NCBI GenBank assembly: GCA_016927495.1
Contig: JAFGMP010000009.1
Coordinates: 937-64,936 of the forward strand
DNA length: 64,000 nt
DNA from: Candidatus Latescibacterota bacterium
GTDB taxonomy: Bacteria; Latescibacterota; Latescibacteria; Latescibacterales; Latescibacteraceae
Reading direction: 5' to 3'
Both the position numbers and the translations under genes were made by a program. Below are positions 1 through 9,986 of the stretch, piece after piece (within the stretch, counting starts at the first letter, position 1; the number at the start of each line of letters is the position of its first letter). Under the pieces are notes generated by a model. The model ran no database searches, was not told the DNA's origin, and saw only the letters and a list, made by a program, of their open reading frames with translations.

Positions 1-587
1 GTAAGCATGGCAAAGATGTTGTGCTTATGCTGGATTCGATCACACGTCTTGCCATGGCTCAGCGTGAGGTGGGCCTGTCCGCAGGTGAACCGCCGACGAC
101 CAAAGGGTATACGCCCTCGGTCTTTGCGCTTATGCCATCGATCCTCGAACGTGCTGGGACATCGGACAGGGGCACGATCACCGGTTTCTATACCGTGCTT
201 GTTGAGGGGGATGATGTCAACGAACCGGTAAGCGACACCGTGCGATCAATTCTGGATGGCCATATAGTGCTTACCAGGAAGCTTGCCAATCGCGGTCATT
301 ATCCTGCAATCGATATTTTGCAGAGCCTTTCACGTGTTCAAAAGGATGTTGTCGACGCTAACCATTTGCAGATGGTGCGAAAACTGATTGAAATTTATTC
401 CACCTATATTGATTCTGAGGATCTTATCAACATCGGCGCATATCCGACCGGGTCCAGCAAACGTATCGACCGGGCGATTGACAGGATAGATGATATCAAC
501 GCCTTTCTTATGCAGGAAATTACCGAGAGAACTTCTCCCGGAGAGATGCTGAAAATGCTTGAGAAAGCAGTAGGGAGTGAAAAGTGA
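1..587 (+). CDS. fliI: Flagellum-specific ATPase FliI, C-terminal part (N-terminus lies upstream of the window)
   Basis: Translation (LTRKLANRGHYPAIDILQSLSRV, F1/T3SS ATPase C-terminal region) is typical of FliI/YscN. The frame is open to the window edge. Confidence 0.85.
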   Translation, partial: KHGKDVVLMLDSITRLAMAQREVGLSAGEPPTTKGYTPSVFALMPSILERAGTSDRGTITGFYTVLVEGDDVNEPVSDTVRSILDGHIVLTRKLANRGHYPAIDILQSLSRVQKDVVDANHLQMVRKLIEIYSTYIDSEDLINIGAYPTGSSKRIDRAIDRIDDINAFLMQEITERTSPGEMLKMLEKAVGSEK

Positions 588-1030
588 ACCGTTTCAGATT
601 CAGGCTGGCAAGTATTTTACGGCTCCGTGAGGTCCATGAAGACAAAAAGAAACGTGAATTCGGCGCTGCGTTGGGAAAGCTCAATCTTGAGAATAATGAG
701 CTCAATCAGCTAAAAGGATCTCTGCAAGATCACGAGATCGGCATGGAAAAAAGGAGCAGGGGAACCGTGTCAGTTCATCAGTTGCGAAATAATTTCAACT
801 ATGCCCGAGCCCTCGACATGAAAATCGGTGAACAGAAAAAACATGTCAAAGCTGCTGCCGATGTTGTGGAATCGAGACGGGTCGAGCTTGCAGAATCATC
901 GAAAAAGAAAAAAATACTCGAGCATCTTAAAGACCGTGACCGGGAAGAACATAACCATGCGGTTGAAAAGGAAGAGCAGGTTGTTATCGACGAGCTTACC
1001 ACACAGCGTTATAAAAATCACCGGGATTAG
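584..1030 (+). CDS. fliJ: Flagellar export protein FliJ
   Basis: 148-aa coiled-coil protein overlapping the fliI stop by 4 nt. It begins FRFRLASILRLRE, like FliJ, and sits in the fliI-fliJ position. Confidence 0.7.
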   Translation: MNRFRFRLASILRLREVHEDKKKREFGAALGKLNLENNELNQLKGSLQDHEIGMEKRSRGTVSVHQLRNNFNYARALDMKIGEQKKHVKAAADVVESRRVELAESSKKKKILEHLKDRDREEHNHAVEKEEQVVIDELTTQRYKNHRD

Positions 1031-1333
1031 CTGCAGAAATTTCAAAACACATCTTTTTACTTCTCCATATTTTTTCTAAAAGCATTCATGTATTTGAATC
1101 ACAAATTAAAAAATTCGTTTTATTTCCTCGAAAGTTCATAATAGTGGAATACTTTCAATTTTTTCGTTTTGTAATTATTGACATATTTTGCTAAACAGCA
1201 TAAACAATCATATCACATGCGGCAATATTTGCCTGAAAGGAATAAAGTATCTGATGCTCGTACATGGCAGAAGAACGAGTATGCCATGTATAATATGTTG
1301 TATGACAATACAATACATGAATTTTACAATGTT

Positions 1334-1347
1334 GGCATGTATGTTGC
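1334..1347 (+). promoter_or_regulatory. Candidate sigma-54 (-24/-12) promoter TGGCATgtatgTTGCg, about 50 nt upstream of the ylxF-like/fliK/flgD/flgE operon
   Basis: GG at 1334-1335 and GC at 1346-1347 have the exact 12-nt spacing of the TGGCAC-N5-TTGCA consensus. Confidence 0.5.
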
Positions 1348-1398
1348 GGATCTGTTTTTACGGTGATTTGTGCGTACATGTCCGGGAGTTGAGTTGAA

Positions 1399-2001
1399 AT
1401 GAACATCATGAAGGTGCTTAAGTTAGTGCTGGTAATTTTGCCGATGGTAATAATAATCGGATTGGTTTTCTATTTTCAGGGAATAAAGAAATTAGGAACG
1501 CCGGCTGAGTTTAAACAAAAGCAACTGGAATTGATTCAAGCCCGCCTTGATTCGATAAAGAAGGTGGAAAGCAGCAAGCTTTTGCCGGAGAATATTGCGG
1601 ATTCGACCCTTTTCAGTGTCGGAAGGCATACCGGTATTTTTGAGGACAATAAACAATTTGAAGATCAGCTTAAAGCAGCACAGACAACACTGGATTCGCT
1701 TGAAAAAGAAAAAAACACACTTGATGCTAAGGAAAAAAGTATAGATGCAAAGATTAATAATCTCAACACTATCTCTCAACTGGCTGAGGATAAAAATATC
1801 AATAATCTTGCAAAAATATATGATGCCATGAAAACACCACAGGCAGTACCCCTTTTCACCTCCATGGATGATTCACTCGCTGTTGCTATCATATCCCTGA
1901 TGCAGCAGCGGAATGCATCGAAACTTTTGGGAGCGATTGCGGAAAAAGATGTGGAAAAAGCCGCCAGATTAAATAAACTTCTTGCGGAGATAGGAAAGTA
2001 A
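1399..2001 (+). CDS. Flagellar operon protein with MgtE-N-like domain (YlxF/FlbB-like)
   Basis: An N-terminal TM helix, a coiled coil and a C-terminal MgtE_N-like segment (DAMKTPQAVPLFTSMDDSLAVAIISLM). It sits between fliJ and fliK as ylxF does in Bacillus. Confidence 0.55.
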   Translation: MNIMKVLKLVLVILPMVIIIGLVFYFQGIKKLGTPAEFKQKQLELIQARLDSIKKVESSKLLPENIADSTLFSVGRHTGIFEDNKQFEDQLKAAQTTLDSLEKEKNTLDAKEKSIDAKINNLNTISQLAEDKNINNLAKIYDAMKTPQAVPLFTSMDDSLAVAIISLMQQRNASKLLGAIAEKDVEKAARLNKLLAEIGK

Positions 2002-2009
2002 TTAAAGGA

Positions 2010-5000
2010 ATGATTATATGTCCTCAAAATATTGATTTCAGTGGATTAGCCGGATTATTATCGTCCCCCAATGTATCATCCGGTTCAACGGATACATCTG
2101 ATTTCGCTGCCCTGATTATGAGTATGCTCGGTGGTGACACAAATCCGGATATAAATATATATCCCGTTTTGACAGAACCTGAAGAAATTTCGGGTATTTC
2201 CACTGAACTTATCTCCGGTATCGACTCAACGCAAACCATTGAAGCCAAATGTGTAATCAGTACAAAAGACGGTAAAAAAATAATTATTCCGGTTATGCTG
2301 TTAAATGCCGAAAATATTGAATTTAGCAATATGATTTACGATGCAATAATTGAATCGGTAAATTCGCAATCCGAAAATACCGATACTCAAATTGCCGCTT
2401 CAGATAGTGGTATTGAAAAAGATACCGAAAATGCACCAATGTTCGCCCGCCCGCTTCAGACATCGTATGTTCCCAATAATGATAATGTGAATTTTGGGAA
2501 TGTGAATATTACCGGAGATAGCCTGACAGAAAAAGCTTCAGCCGTTGTTGATAAAGCAGTGTCCGAACAACCAACGGTATCGACAGAAAAGCTATCGGGT
2601 ACAAATGAGCCTGGCGAAACTGAAACCGTTACAGATACAGAAACACTTTCAGATAATAGCGCTGAAGAAATCGTAAAATCACATACATCGTTCAAAACTG
2701 ATGAGTTTACCGGTTTGCCACAAACCGAAATCGCCGGGCAAAACAAAGAAAATATTACTATCCCTGATAATAAAGAAAGCCAAATTCAGCATATCGAAAC
2801 AGAAGATATACAGGTCCCCGTTGACAGTGTAATTGAGAAGTCCGACAGTATTATCCGAAATTTCAGGTTTTCGGAGATATCGGATGAATCGGTTCTGTCA
2901 AATACGACCGGTGATGAACAATCGACTCAAGTCACTTTGAAAATTATCGGGGCATCGGATGATAATACTTCGACCGATCAAATATTTTATGTCCAAAATA
3001 AAACAGATAATATGAGCACAGAACAAAAAAGAATCAACATAAAGATCAATGGCTTACTTCAGGAAACGACTCAACAGCCGTTATCGATAATCAGGATCAG
3101 CACATCTTCCGGAGAAATACCGATAATATTGAACTTGCCCGATTCTTCCGGCCAAAATATCTCTGCCGCTGATCTGATAAATGATCTGATTACCGCAGGA
3201 GCAGATGTCGAACTGGTTTTGGACACGATCAGGACAAGCGTGAATACCGAAATTTTGCCGGTTGGCAGAAATACCGATGCTGACGGGAATGTACAGCTTT
3301 TCGAGAATAACGGTTTTTCTACAAAAACAAACCGAACCATATTTATTATTCCCGATGCCATAAACCATGATACTGTGCAAACCTCCGGGTTTCAACCAAA
3401 TACCGGAATTATTCGAAATATCTCAGACACACAAGAGATACGCAATACGGATACTGAAAACACTGGTCAACAAATACAGCATAATGAACAGAAAGTTTCG
3501 GATCAGAACGGTTTAATTGTCTCAGCGGGAAAAACAAGTTACTCAGAGGAACAAGTTGATGAGGAAATTTTACATATTGAAAAAGTAACACCTGATGTTA
3601 ATGTTGATAATGTTTCTCAAAATCGGCAATCGGGGGGAGTTGGCGCGGGTTCAAATCCGACCGACGAACAACGCACCTTCACACGCACCCCAGTAAAGCC
3701 CCCCGATGCCGTTATTAAAGCTCCCGAATCCATACCTATATCGGTGGCCGGGGAAACGGAAACGCTAACCGTTGAGAACACAACATCGGAGGTACAATAT
3801 GCTACCGTAGTGAGTGCGAACCAACCCGAAAAGCCTTTGAGTGTAAGTACAATCGCCGATGATAGTACTCGTGAAATATTGGTAAAGGAAAACATATCAA
3901 TTAAAATTTCAAGTACTATCATACCTGAAACATTCCAAAAATCGACCGCGACATTTTCTAAAATCGATAGTATTGAAAAAAACATGGATTCGGACATAAT
4001 ACCTGATAAGTCAACAGGTGAAGAAATTTCGGTTACTGGAAAAAATGATATGCCGGTTACCGATGCTACACCCACTTTTGAAATGTCGGGTAAAGTGACC
4101 GGAACAGTTGTTTCACGGTTCATCCGTACAGGTTCGGAACACAAATTTCTTGAATCGGGCGAGGAGATAAAAGTCAATGAGCAGATTCAAACTTCACCCG
4201 CATCATCAGTTGTTTCTTCCGGTTCAATTGAAAAAAACGCAGATTTCAATACAACGATGGAAGTAAAGAATATAGAAACGGAAACTCTACAGGTTAAACA
4301 TAACGGCGATACTTCGGTTCAGCAGGGAAACCAAAAAATACAATGGAATGAATCTGTTTCATCCGAAAGTTTTGTACGTCCGAATGATAGTGAAGTAAAA
4401 TCCGGATATGAAAAACCTGTAGTGAGTAAGGCAACGGATGGAGAAAATGTACGACCAGTATTTACTGAGAGACAATCGGAAACGGATGCGAAAATATCTG
4501 TCGACAAACCGACTGACAGTATCAAAAAAACAGCTCATCCCTCATTTACTGTGAATACAGACATACCTGAATATACAGAAAAATCCGAACAAACGGAACA
4601 ACATGACACAAACACATTCACTACCGTAAAGGATTCGGTAAAATCCGGAATTTCTGATATAGCGGGAACCGATCCGTCACCGGGAAACACAATTAATATC
4701 ACTGGCAACGATTCCGAGGACAGCGGAATTACATCTCATCAAAAAGATATGAAAACCGAAGGTGATAAGGATGCGACAATACAATCAAAAACATTTAACG
4801 ATGCGCCTTCGGAGTCTGAAGAAATTAATCCGGAACCTGCGAAGAAAAATGATTCTCAGGTTAAGGCAGCGCATATAACGGAACAAAGAAAACATGACAT
4901 GTCTTCATCTCGGCCAGAGAAAATTACGGTTGTATCGGATAATAAATCAGGTACGGTTAATGCGGTAACTCGATCAGTTGAATCTACTTCAGATAGCGAT

Positions 5001-5876
5001 CTTCCTGTAAATTCATTTTCGGTATATAAAACTACCGAACAGATAACTGTAGCACCTGATGTTGATGCCACTTTGAAATATGCAGAGGGGAAATCTCATC
5101 GGATGTATTCCGAGACGGATAGTTCGGGAAAGCCTTTGGTGGTAAATAATATCGAAGGAGATATTGGAAAGGGCCGTCACCGGTACGGGTCCTCTGAAAG
5201 CGAATTGATGAGTGATCAAAACAGGCAGTTCGGCGCTTCAGGATATGCTGGTGAAAATAAAGTCGGCGATATCGAGGATTTTAGTGCGGTACAGAGTAAA
5301 CTGTTTTCGGATTACGGTGAAAGTGATTCCGATAGGTATGCACTGAATGTTGGACAATCAGATTCGGTTTTGAAAGTGGATACACAATTTGGTGGACGTG
5401 GAATTTTCCAAAATAACGATGCCGGGACAATACATGACATCAAAAATGAAGTTTTGAACACAATAGTAAAAAATGCAAAGTTTATGTTCAATAGCGGGCA
5501 GTCAAGTGCTGTAATAAACCTTGAACCACCGAGCCTGGGTAAACTGAAACTGGAAATAATATCCGATAATTTCAGGATAACCGGTAAAATTACGGTGGAA
5601 TCAAATGAAACAAAAGAAATTATTCAAAGCAAATTAATCGAATTGAAAGAGCAGCTTACTCAAAGTGGTCTTAAGGTTGAATCTTTCGATGTGCAACTTG
5701 GGCATAACAGCGGTACTGATTCCTGGGCTAACCGTGAAAAAATTGAAAATCTTACTCAAAATTTAAGACGTAACATTCGGGAAAACGAAAAAATTGAATC
5801 AGAGTATATTTCAGGAATACAGTCGGTAGGAAGAGGAAAGTCCATGGATTCGGGCTATCTCGATATATTGATGTAG
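2010..5876 (+). CDS. fliK: Giant flagellar hook-length control protein FliK (1288 aa) with low-complexity T/S/E/D/N-rich N-terminal region
   Basis: The C-terminal roughly 150 aa (SAVINLEPPSLGKLKLEIISDNFRITGKITVESNETKEIIQSKLIELKEQLTQSGLKVESFDVQL) match the Flg_hook/FliK C-domain. The gene lies between ylxF and flgD. The exact start is uncertain. Confidence 0.8.
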   Translation: MIICPQNIDFSGLAGLLSSPNVSSGSTDTSDFAALIMSMLGGDTNPDINIYPVLTEPEEISGISTELISGIDSTQTIEAKCVISTKDGKKIIIPVMLLNAENIEFSNMIYDAIIESVNSQSENTDTQIAASDSGIEKDTENAPMFARPLQTSYVPNNDNVNFGNVNITGDSLTEKASAVVDKAVSEQPTVSTEKLSGTNEPGETETVTDTETLSDNSAEEIVKSHTSFKTDEFTGLPQTEIAGQNKENITIPDNKESQIQHIETEDIQVPVDSVIEKSDSIIRNFRFSEISDESVLSNTTGDEQSTQVTLKIIGASDDNTSTDQIFYVQNKTDNMSTEQKRINIKINGLLQETTQQPLSIIRISTSSGEIPIILNLPDSSGQNISAADLINDLITAGADVELVLDTIRTSVNTEILPVGRNTDADGNVQLFENNGFSTKTNRTIFIIPDAINHDTVQTSGFQPNTGIIRNISDTQEIRNTDTENTGQQIQHNEQKVSDQNGLIVSAGKTSYSEEQVDEEILHIEKVTPDVNVDNVSQNRQSGGVGAGSNPTDEQRTFTRTPVKPPDAVIKAPESIPISVAGETETLTVENTTSEVQYATVVSANQPEKPLSVSTIADDSTREILVKENISIKISSTIIPETFQKSTATFSKIDSIEKNMDSDIIPDKSTGEEISVTGKNDMPVTDATPTFEMSGKVTGTVVSRFIRTGSEHKFLESGEEIKVNEQIQTSPASSVVSSGSIEKNADFNTTMEVKNIETETLQVKHNGDTSVQQGNQKIQWNESVSSESFVRPNDSEVKSGYEKPVVSKATDGENVRPVFTERQSETDAKISVDKPTDSIKKTAHPSFTVNTDIPEYTEKSEQTEQHDTNTFTTVKDSVKSGISDIAGTDPSPGNTINITGNDSEDSGITSHQKDMKTEGDKDATIQSKTFNDAPSESEEINPEPAKKNDSQVKAAHITEQRKHDMSSSRPEKITVVSDNKSGTVNAVTRSVESTSDSDLPVNSFSVYKTTEQITVAPDVDATLKYAEGKSHRMYSETDSSGKPLVVNNIEGDIGKGRHRYGSSESELMSDQNRQFGASGYAGENKVGDIEDFSAVQSKLFSDYGESDSDRYALNVGQSDSVLKVDTQFGGRGIFQNNDAGTIHDIKNEVLNTIVKNAKFMFNSGQSSAVINLEPPSLGKLKLEIISDNFRITGKITVESNETKEIIQSKLIELKEQLTQSGLKVESFDVQLGHNSGTDSWANREKIENLTQNLRRNIRENEKIESEYISGIQSVGRGKSMDSGYLDILM

Positions 5877-5944
5877 CTTAAGTGAATTGAAAAGAAACAT
5901 ACAAATATCGAAAACAGATTGTTATTTATAGGAGGAACATAGAT

Positions 5945-6679
5945 ATGGTAAGTGGAATCTCGAACGAAACACAATATTACACTCCGGAAACCTCAGCAAC
6001 ACAAGGTACTATTTGGGGGTCTACCGAAGAAGATGTTGAGACCGCGGCAAGTAAAGATGTATCATCTCTCGGTAAAGATGATTTTCTTAAATTGCTCATT
6101 GCCGAATTACAGAATCAGGATCCCCTGAATCCGGCAGACAATACCGAGTTTATTGCACAGTTGGCCCAATTCAGCTCACTGGAACAGATGACTACAATGA
6201 ACGATAATCTCGAAAAGGTTCTCACATACAATAAGTCTGTTACAGAATCGATCAATAATTCGATGATGGTTAATTTTATCGGTAAAACGGTAACGGCAGT
6301 TTCCGATGAATTTGTATACGATGGACTGAATCCGGTGGAATTGGGTTTCGAGCTTGACCAGGATATATCTCGTGGAACACTTGAGATTTATAACGAAAAT
6401 GAGGTCTTGGTCAAAACGATCTCCCTTGATTCCATGGAAGCCGGTCTTCGAAGCACGGTTTGGGACGGATTTACAGACCTTGGATTACTGGCCGGGGACG
6501 GAATATATACTTATAAAGTTAATTATTATGATATGGTGGAAAATCAGGGGGAAGCAACGACGGTTTTTTCGGGAACAGTCGAAGGCGTATCCTATAAGGA
6601 CGGTATGGCGTATCTTGACATAAACGGTATGCTTGTACCATTTAATGAGATAACACACATAGTTCAGGAAGACGAGTAA
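5945..6679 (+). CDS. flgD: Flagellar hook assembly/capping protein FlgD
   Basis: FlgD N-domain motif ([38 protein letters not shown]) plus a C-terminal FlgD-Ig-like region. A GGAGG RBS precedes it. Confidence 0.9.
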   Translation: MVSGISNETQYYTPETSATQGTIWGSTEEDVETAASKDVSSLGKDDFLKLLIAELQNQDPLNPADNTEFIAQLAQFSSLEQMTTMNDNLEKVLTYNKSVTESINNSMMVNFIGKTVTAVSDEFVYDGLNPVELGFELDQDISRGTLEIYNENEVLVKTISLDSMEAGLRSTVWDGFTDLGLLAGDGIYTYKVNYYDMVENQGEATTVFSGTVEGVSYKDGMAYLDINGMLVPFNEITHIVQEDE

Positions 6680-6721
6680 ACGTTCAATAATGTTCGGAAT
6701 TTTATTGTCAGGAGGTGAGAA

Positions 6722-7105
6722 ATGATTAAAAACCCGAACATAACAGGTTTTATTGGTACCGTTAACAATACCACAGGCCTTACCAAGGTTATCAGAACCG
6801 GTCAGAATACTTCTTTTTCCGATGTTCTGAAATTACAGCTTGAACGTGAATCAGGTATAACGTTCAGCACCCATGCAATGGACCGTATACAGGCACGTGG
6901 AATTCAACTTGGAACCGATGAATTAAACAGGTTGTCACAGGCAATATCAAAGGCAAAGGATAAAGGCGCTACGGATTCACTAATACTGCTTGATGATATG
7001 GCTTTTATAGTGAGTATAAAGAATAAGACAGTTATTACCGCAATGTCAGGAGAAGCGGTAAAAGAAAATGTGTATACGAACATCGACAGCGCCATAGTAA
7101 CATAA
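6722..7105 (+). CDS. Flagellar operon protein (TIGR02530 family) between flgD and flgE
   Basis: 127-aa protein in the conserved flgD-X-flgE position. The family is typical of Firmicutes/Thermotoga-type loci. Assigned on size, position and sequence character. Confidence 0.5.
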   Translation: MIKNPNITGFIGTVNNTTGLTKVIRTGQNTSFSDVLKLQLERESGITFSTHAMDRIQARGIQLGTDELNRLSQAISKAKDKGATDSLILLDDMAFIVSIKNKTVITAMSGEAVKENVYTNIDSAIVT

Positions 7106-7189
7106 TAAAATTATGGGCCGGACCTCATTGAGGGAGCCCGACACCGTCGATCGATTGACACGGTGCAAATTCAAAAGGAGTTAAGTAAA

Positions 7190-9289
7190 ATGGCAGGCAG
7201 AGCTATGCAGACCGCTGTTAGCGGTATACGTAACCAACAGACATATATGGATGTTATAGCAAATAACATCTCAAACTCGGGCACCATGGGGTACAAAAAG
7301 GGCCGAATAACTTTTGAGGAATCTTTCTATCAACTGCTTCAGGGCGCTTCAAGACCTCCCGGTGACCAGGGCGGTGTTAATCCGCTTCAGATCGGAAACG
7401 GAACATCGGTCGGTTCAATCGATACCTTGTTTACACAGGGCCCAATCGAATCAACAGGGAACCAGAGTGATATTGCGATCCGCGGCGAAGGATTTTTTGT
7501 GGTTGCCGAAGGTAACCAATATTACTATACACGAGCCGGATCATTCCAGTGGGATTCCAATGGGACTATGGTTATACCTTTTAACGGAATGAAAGTACAG
7601 GGAAGAATTGCAAACGAGAATGGAGTTGTCAGTGATGGTAGTCCTATACAGGATATCGTTGTTCCGTTCGGTACGGTTGACCCTGCCAAGACTACGACCG
7701 AGGTTAATTTTGTCGGTAATCTGGATTCCGCCGCAGAACCTTTAGGCAATGTTTTACGTACCGCCCGTATGTATTCACGGGAAGTTGCGGGAAGCACTAC
7801 CGATATCAACGGTTTATATGCAAATGGAGATGCCGACCTTCAGATAACTGGAATGTCTTCACTTTCGACTACTATAACGGTTACAATTACCGACGCTACT
7901 ACCGGTGATCACTCGAAAACTTTCACCTATGTTGCCGAGGATACCGGCCCATCAAGTCTGGATTTTAACACGCTTGATAATCTCGTGGCGGAAATAAACA
8001 GTGAATTCAGTACATACGTAAATGCCGCTGTTAACAACGATGGCGCACTCAGATTTAATAATCTTGGCGCGGCTACGAATACAATTACTTTATCAAGCGT
8101 GAATTCGGTTCTGGATAAAGCCCTGGGTTCAGCTAACGGCATTATCGGTGACAAGACGACAGACCAGTTTTCACATGTTGCGGTAGCTTCGGATAATCTG
8201 ACTACGCTTCGTAATTATCAGGGCGTTAATCTTGGCCTTACATTAGCCAATACAATTACTGTTGACGGACGAGTAGGCGGAACAGCGATTAATACTTCCT
8301 CGATTAATGTTAATGATGGTGAAGGCAATAGTCTTACTTATGGTGAATATGTTAAGCTTATCAAGGATGCATTCGGAATTACCAACACGACGGCAGTTGA
8401 AATCGATTCGACGACCGGTGCGATGATCATCAATGCAGACGGAGGATTGGAAAACGAAATCACCGCAGTAAATATTTCTACCAACTCAAAAACATCGGGA
8501 GGTACAGCACAGGTATTTGACAGTGTTTTCGATGCCACTATCGGCAACTGGAACCAGACGCAGGAAGCTGAGGATGTTACTCATTCTGCCGCAGTACAGG
8601 TATTCGATTCACTGGGTAACACTCATACGCTTACGCTTGAATTTAAGAAGGATGTGACACTTCCCAATCGATGGGAATGGAGTATCACGGTTCCTGAGCC
8701 GGCTGAATTATCGGGTGGATCTTCAGGTTCGGTATCATTTGATTCAAACGGTTTTATTGAATCATTTTCTTATTCTCAGGGTGCGAGTTCTTTAACATTC
8801 GATCCTAAAAATGGCGCTGAAGTCCCTGTGGATATAGTACTTGATTTCGGTACAATCGGAAGCGCAGATGGTATTACCCAATTTGCAAGCACCTCGACGG
8901 CTATTGCCCGTGATCAGAACGGATATTCTGCCGGTACGCTGGACAACGTAGTAGTGGGCCAGAACGGAACTATCACCGGTGTGTTCACGAATGGTAACTC
9001 CAGGACTCTCGCAAGGCTTGTTCTTGCAACGTTTAATAATCCTGCGGGTCTTCTCAGAGTAGGAGATAATACCTTTGATGTTTCATCAAATTCAGGGCTT
9101 CCGATATATGGATTTGCCGATTCATCAATCAATGCCACGCTTACACCCGGAGCTGTCGAAATGTCCAATGTTGATATCGCTGAGGAATTTACCAGTATGA
9201 TAATGGCTCAGCGTTCGTTTCAGGCAAATGCACGAACAGTGACAACATCGGATGAAATTCTGCAGGAGACGGTCAATTTGAAACGTTAA
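7190..9289 (+). CDS. flgE: Flagellar hook protein FlgE (about 700 aa, large central insertion)
   Basis: N-terminal rod/hook motif (AMQTAVSGIRNQQTYMDVIANNISN) and C-terminal Flg_bbr_C (NVDIAEEFTSMIMAQRSFQANARTVTTSDEILQETVNL). An AAGGAG RBS sits at 7175-7180 and the ATG at 7190. The ORF-track start at 7163 is probably too far upstream. Confidence 0.9.
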   Translation: MAGRAMQTAVSGIRNQQTYMDVIANNISNSGTMGYKKGRITFEESFYQLLQGASRPPGDQGGVNPLQIGNGTSVGSIDTLFTQGPIESTGNQSDIAIRGEGFFVVAEGNQYYYTRAGSFQWDSNGTMVIPFNGMKVQGRIANENGVVSDGSPIQDIVVPFGTVDPAKTTTEVNFVGNLDSAAEPLGNVLRTARMYSREVAGSTTDINGLYANGDADLQITGMSSLSTTITVTITDATTGDHSKTFTYVAEDTGPSSLDFNTLDNLVAEINSEFSTYVNAAVNNDGALRFNNLGAATNTITLSSVNSVLDKALGSANGIIGDKTTDQFSHVAVASDNLTTLRNYQGVNLGLTLANTITVDGRVGGTAINTSSINVNDGEGNSLTYGEYVKLIKDAFGITNTTAVEIDSTTGAMIINADGGLENEITAVNISTNSKTSGGTAQVFDSVFDATIGNWNQTQEAEDVTHSAAVQVFDSLGNTHTLTLEFKKDVTLPNRWEWSITVPEPAELSGGSSGSVSFDSNGFIESFSYSQGASSLTFDPKNGAEVPVDIVLDFGTIGSADGITQFASTSTAIARDQNGYSAGTLDNVVVGQNGTITGVFTNGNSRTLARLVLATFNNPAGLLRVGDNTFDVSSNSGLPIYGFADSSINATLTPGAVEMSNVDIAEEFTSMIMAQRSFQANARTVTTSDEILQETVNLKR

Positions 9290-9695
9290 TAGCATAAACT
9301 AAGTATTTTCATTTATTTTTAGTATATTCAGGAATGAGAGGGAGCCCTTTGCTTGATTTGAAAAACAGGGGTGAAGGGCTTCCCGATATATATTCTGGTT
9401 ATATAATATGACAACTTGCCAAAATCCGATATTTAAAATATTTTATATTCAAACCGTTTACATGTATCTTAAGCCTTAAGCGAAGTATCGTTACAGTAGC
9501 CACAATACATAGAAATCTCCGGATATTCAATATTCGTGACTTAGATGAGGGATTAAATTTTACAGGGATGAAACAAAATAAAAAGACTAAATGTCCGAGA
9601 TGTTTTTTCATTTTGGGACAACTTGTCGAATATTATATTAATACCGATGTTATTAAAAAAGGGATGTCGCCCATTATCAAAGATATTATTCTGTT

Positions 9696-9723
9696 TTGAT
9701 ATAAATATTTCAGATGGTATAAT
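9696..9723 (+). promoter_or_regulatory. Possible sigma-70-type promoter (TTGATA-N16-TGGTATAAT) upstream of flbD-motAB
   Basis: -35-like TTGATA at 9696-9701, and an extended -10 TGgTATAAT ending at 9723. It sits in the 490-bp AT-rich flgE-flbD spacer. Whether the host sigma-A uses this consensus is uncertain given its FCB-type RpoD. Confidence 0.3.
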
Positions 9724-9776
9724 TTTTGCAAATATTTTATCGTCGTAATTTGCTTTTAAATCGAGAAAGAAAAAAA

Positions 9777-9974
9777 ATGATTAAACTTACGCGCCTTAAC
9801 GGTTCGATGATAGTATTGAATCCTGATTTGATTGAATATGTCGAAGCAACTCCGGATACAATCATTACGCTTACAACAGGACAGAAAATTCTAATCAGAG
9901 AACCTGTCGATGATGTCATAGAAAAATTTACCGAATACAAACGATGTATTAACACGCGTACGATTGTTGATTAA
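9777..9974 (+). CDS. flbD: Flagellar protein FlbD
   Basis: MIKLTRLNGSMIVLNPDLIEYVEATPDTIITLTTGQKILIREPVDDVIEKF closely resembles the FlbD family. It lies directly upstream of motA. The ORF-track start at 9726 is probably too early. Confidence 0.85.
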   Translation: MIKLTRLNGSMIVLNPDLIEYVEATPDTIITLTTGQKILIREPVDDVIEKFTEYKRCINTRTIVD

Positions 9975-9986
9975 GAAGGAGCGGTA

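Noticed and set aside
3640-3660. tRNA T-arm-like GGTTCAAATCC inside fliK
   Set aside because: The flanks have no complementary T-stem, acceptor stem or anticodon arm, and it sits in-frame within a coding region. This is a chance match.
2024-5219. Several minus-strand ORFs (60-186 aa) inside the fliK coding region
   Set aside because: All lie within the 3.9-kb low-complexity fliK ORF and lack starts with an RBS or any homology. A long repetitive gene yields chance antisense ORFs.
9399-9611. 70-aa minus-strand ORF in the flgE-flbD spacer
   Set aside because: It sits in an AT-rich 490-bp intergenic region, with no RBS and a low-complexity product. This is more likely promoter or UTR DNA.
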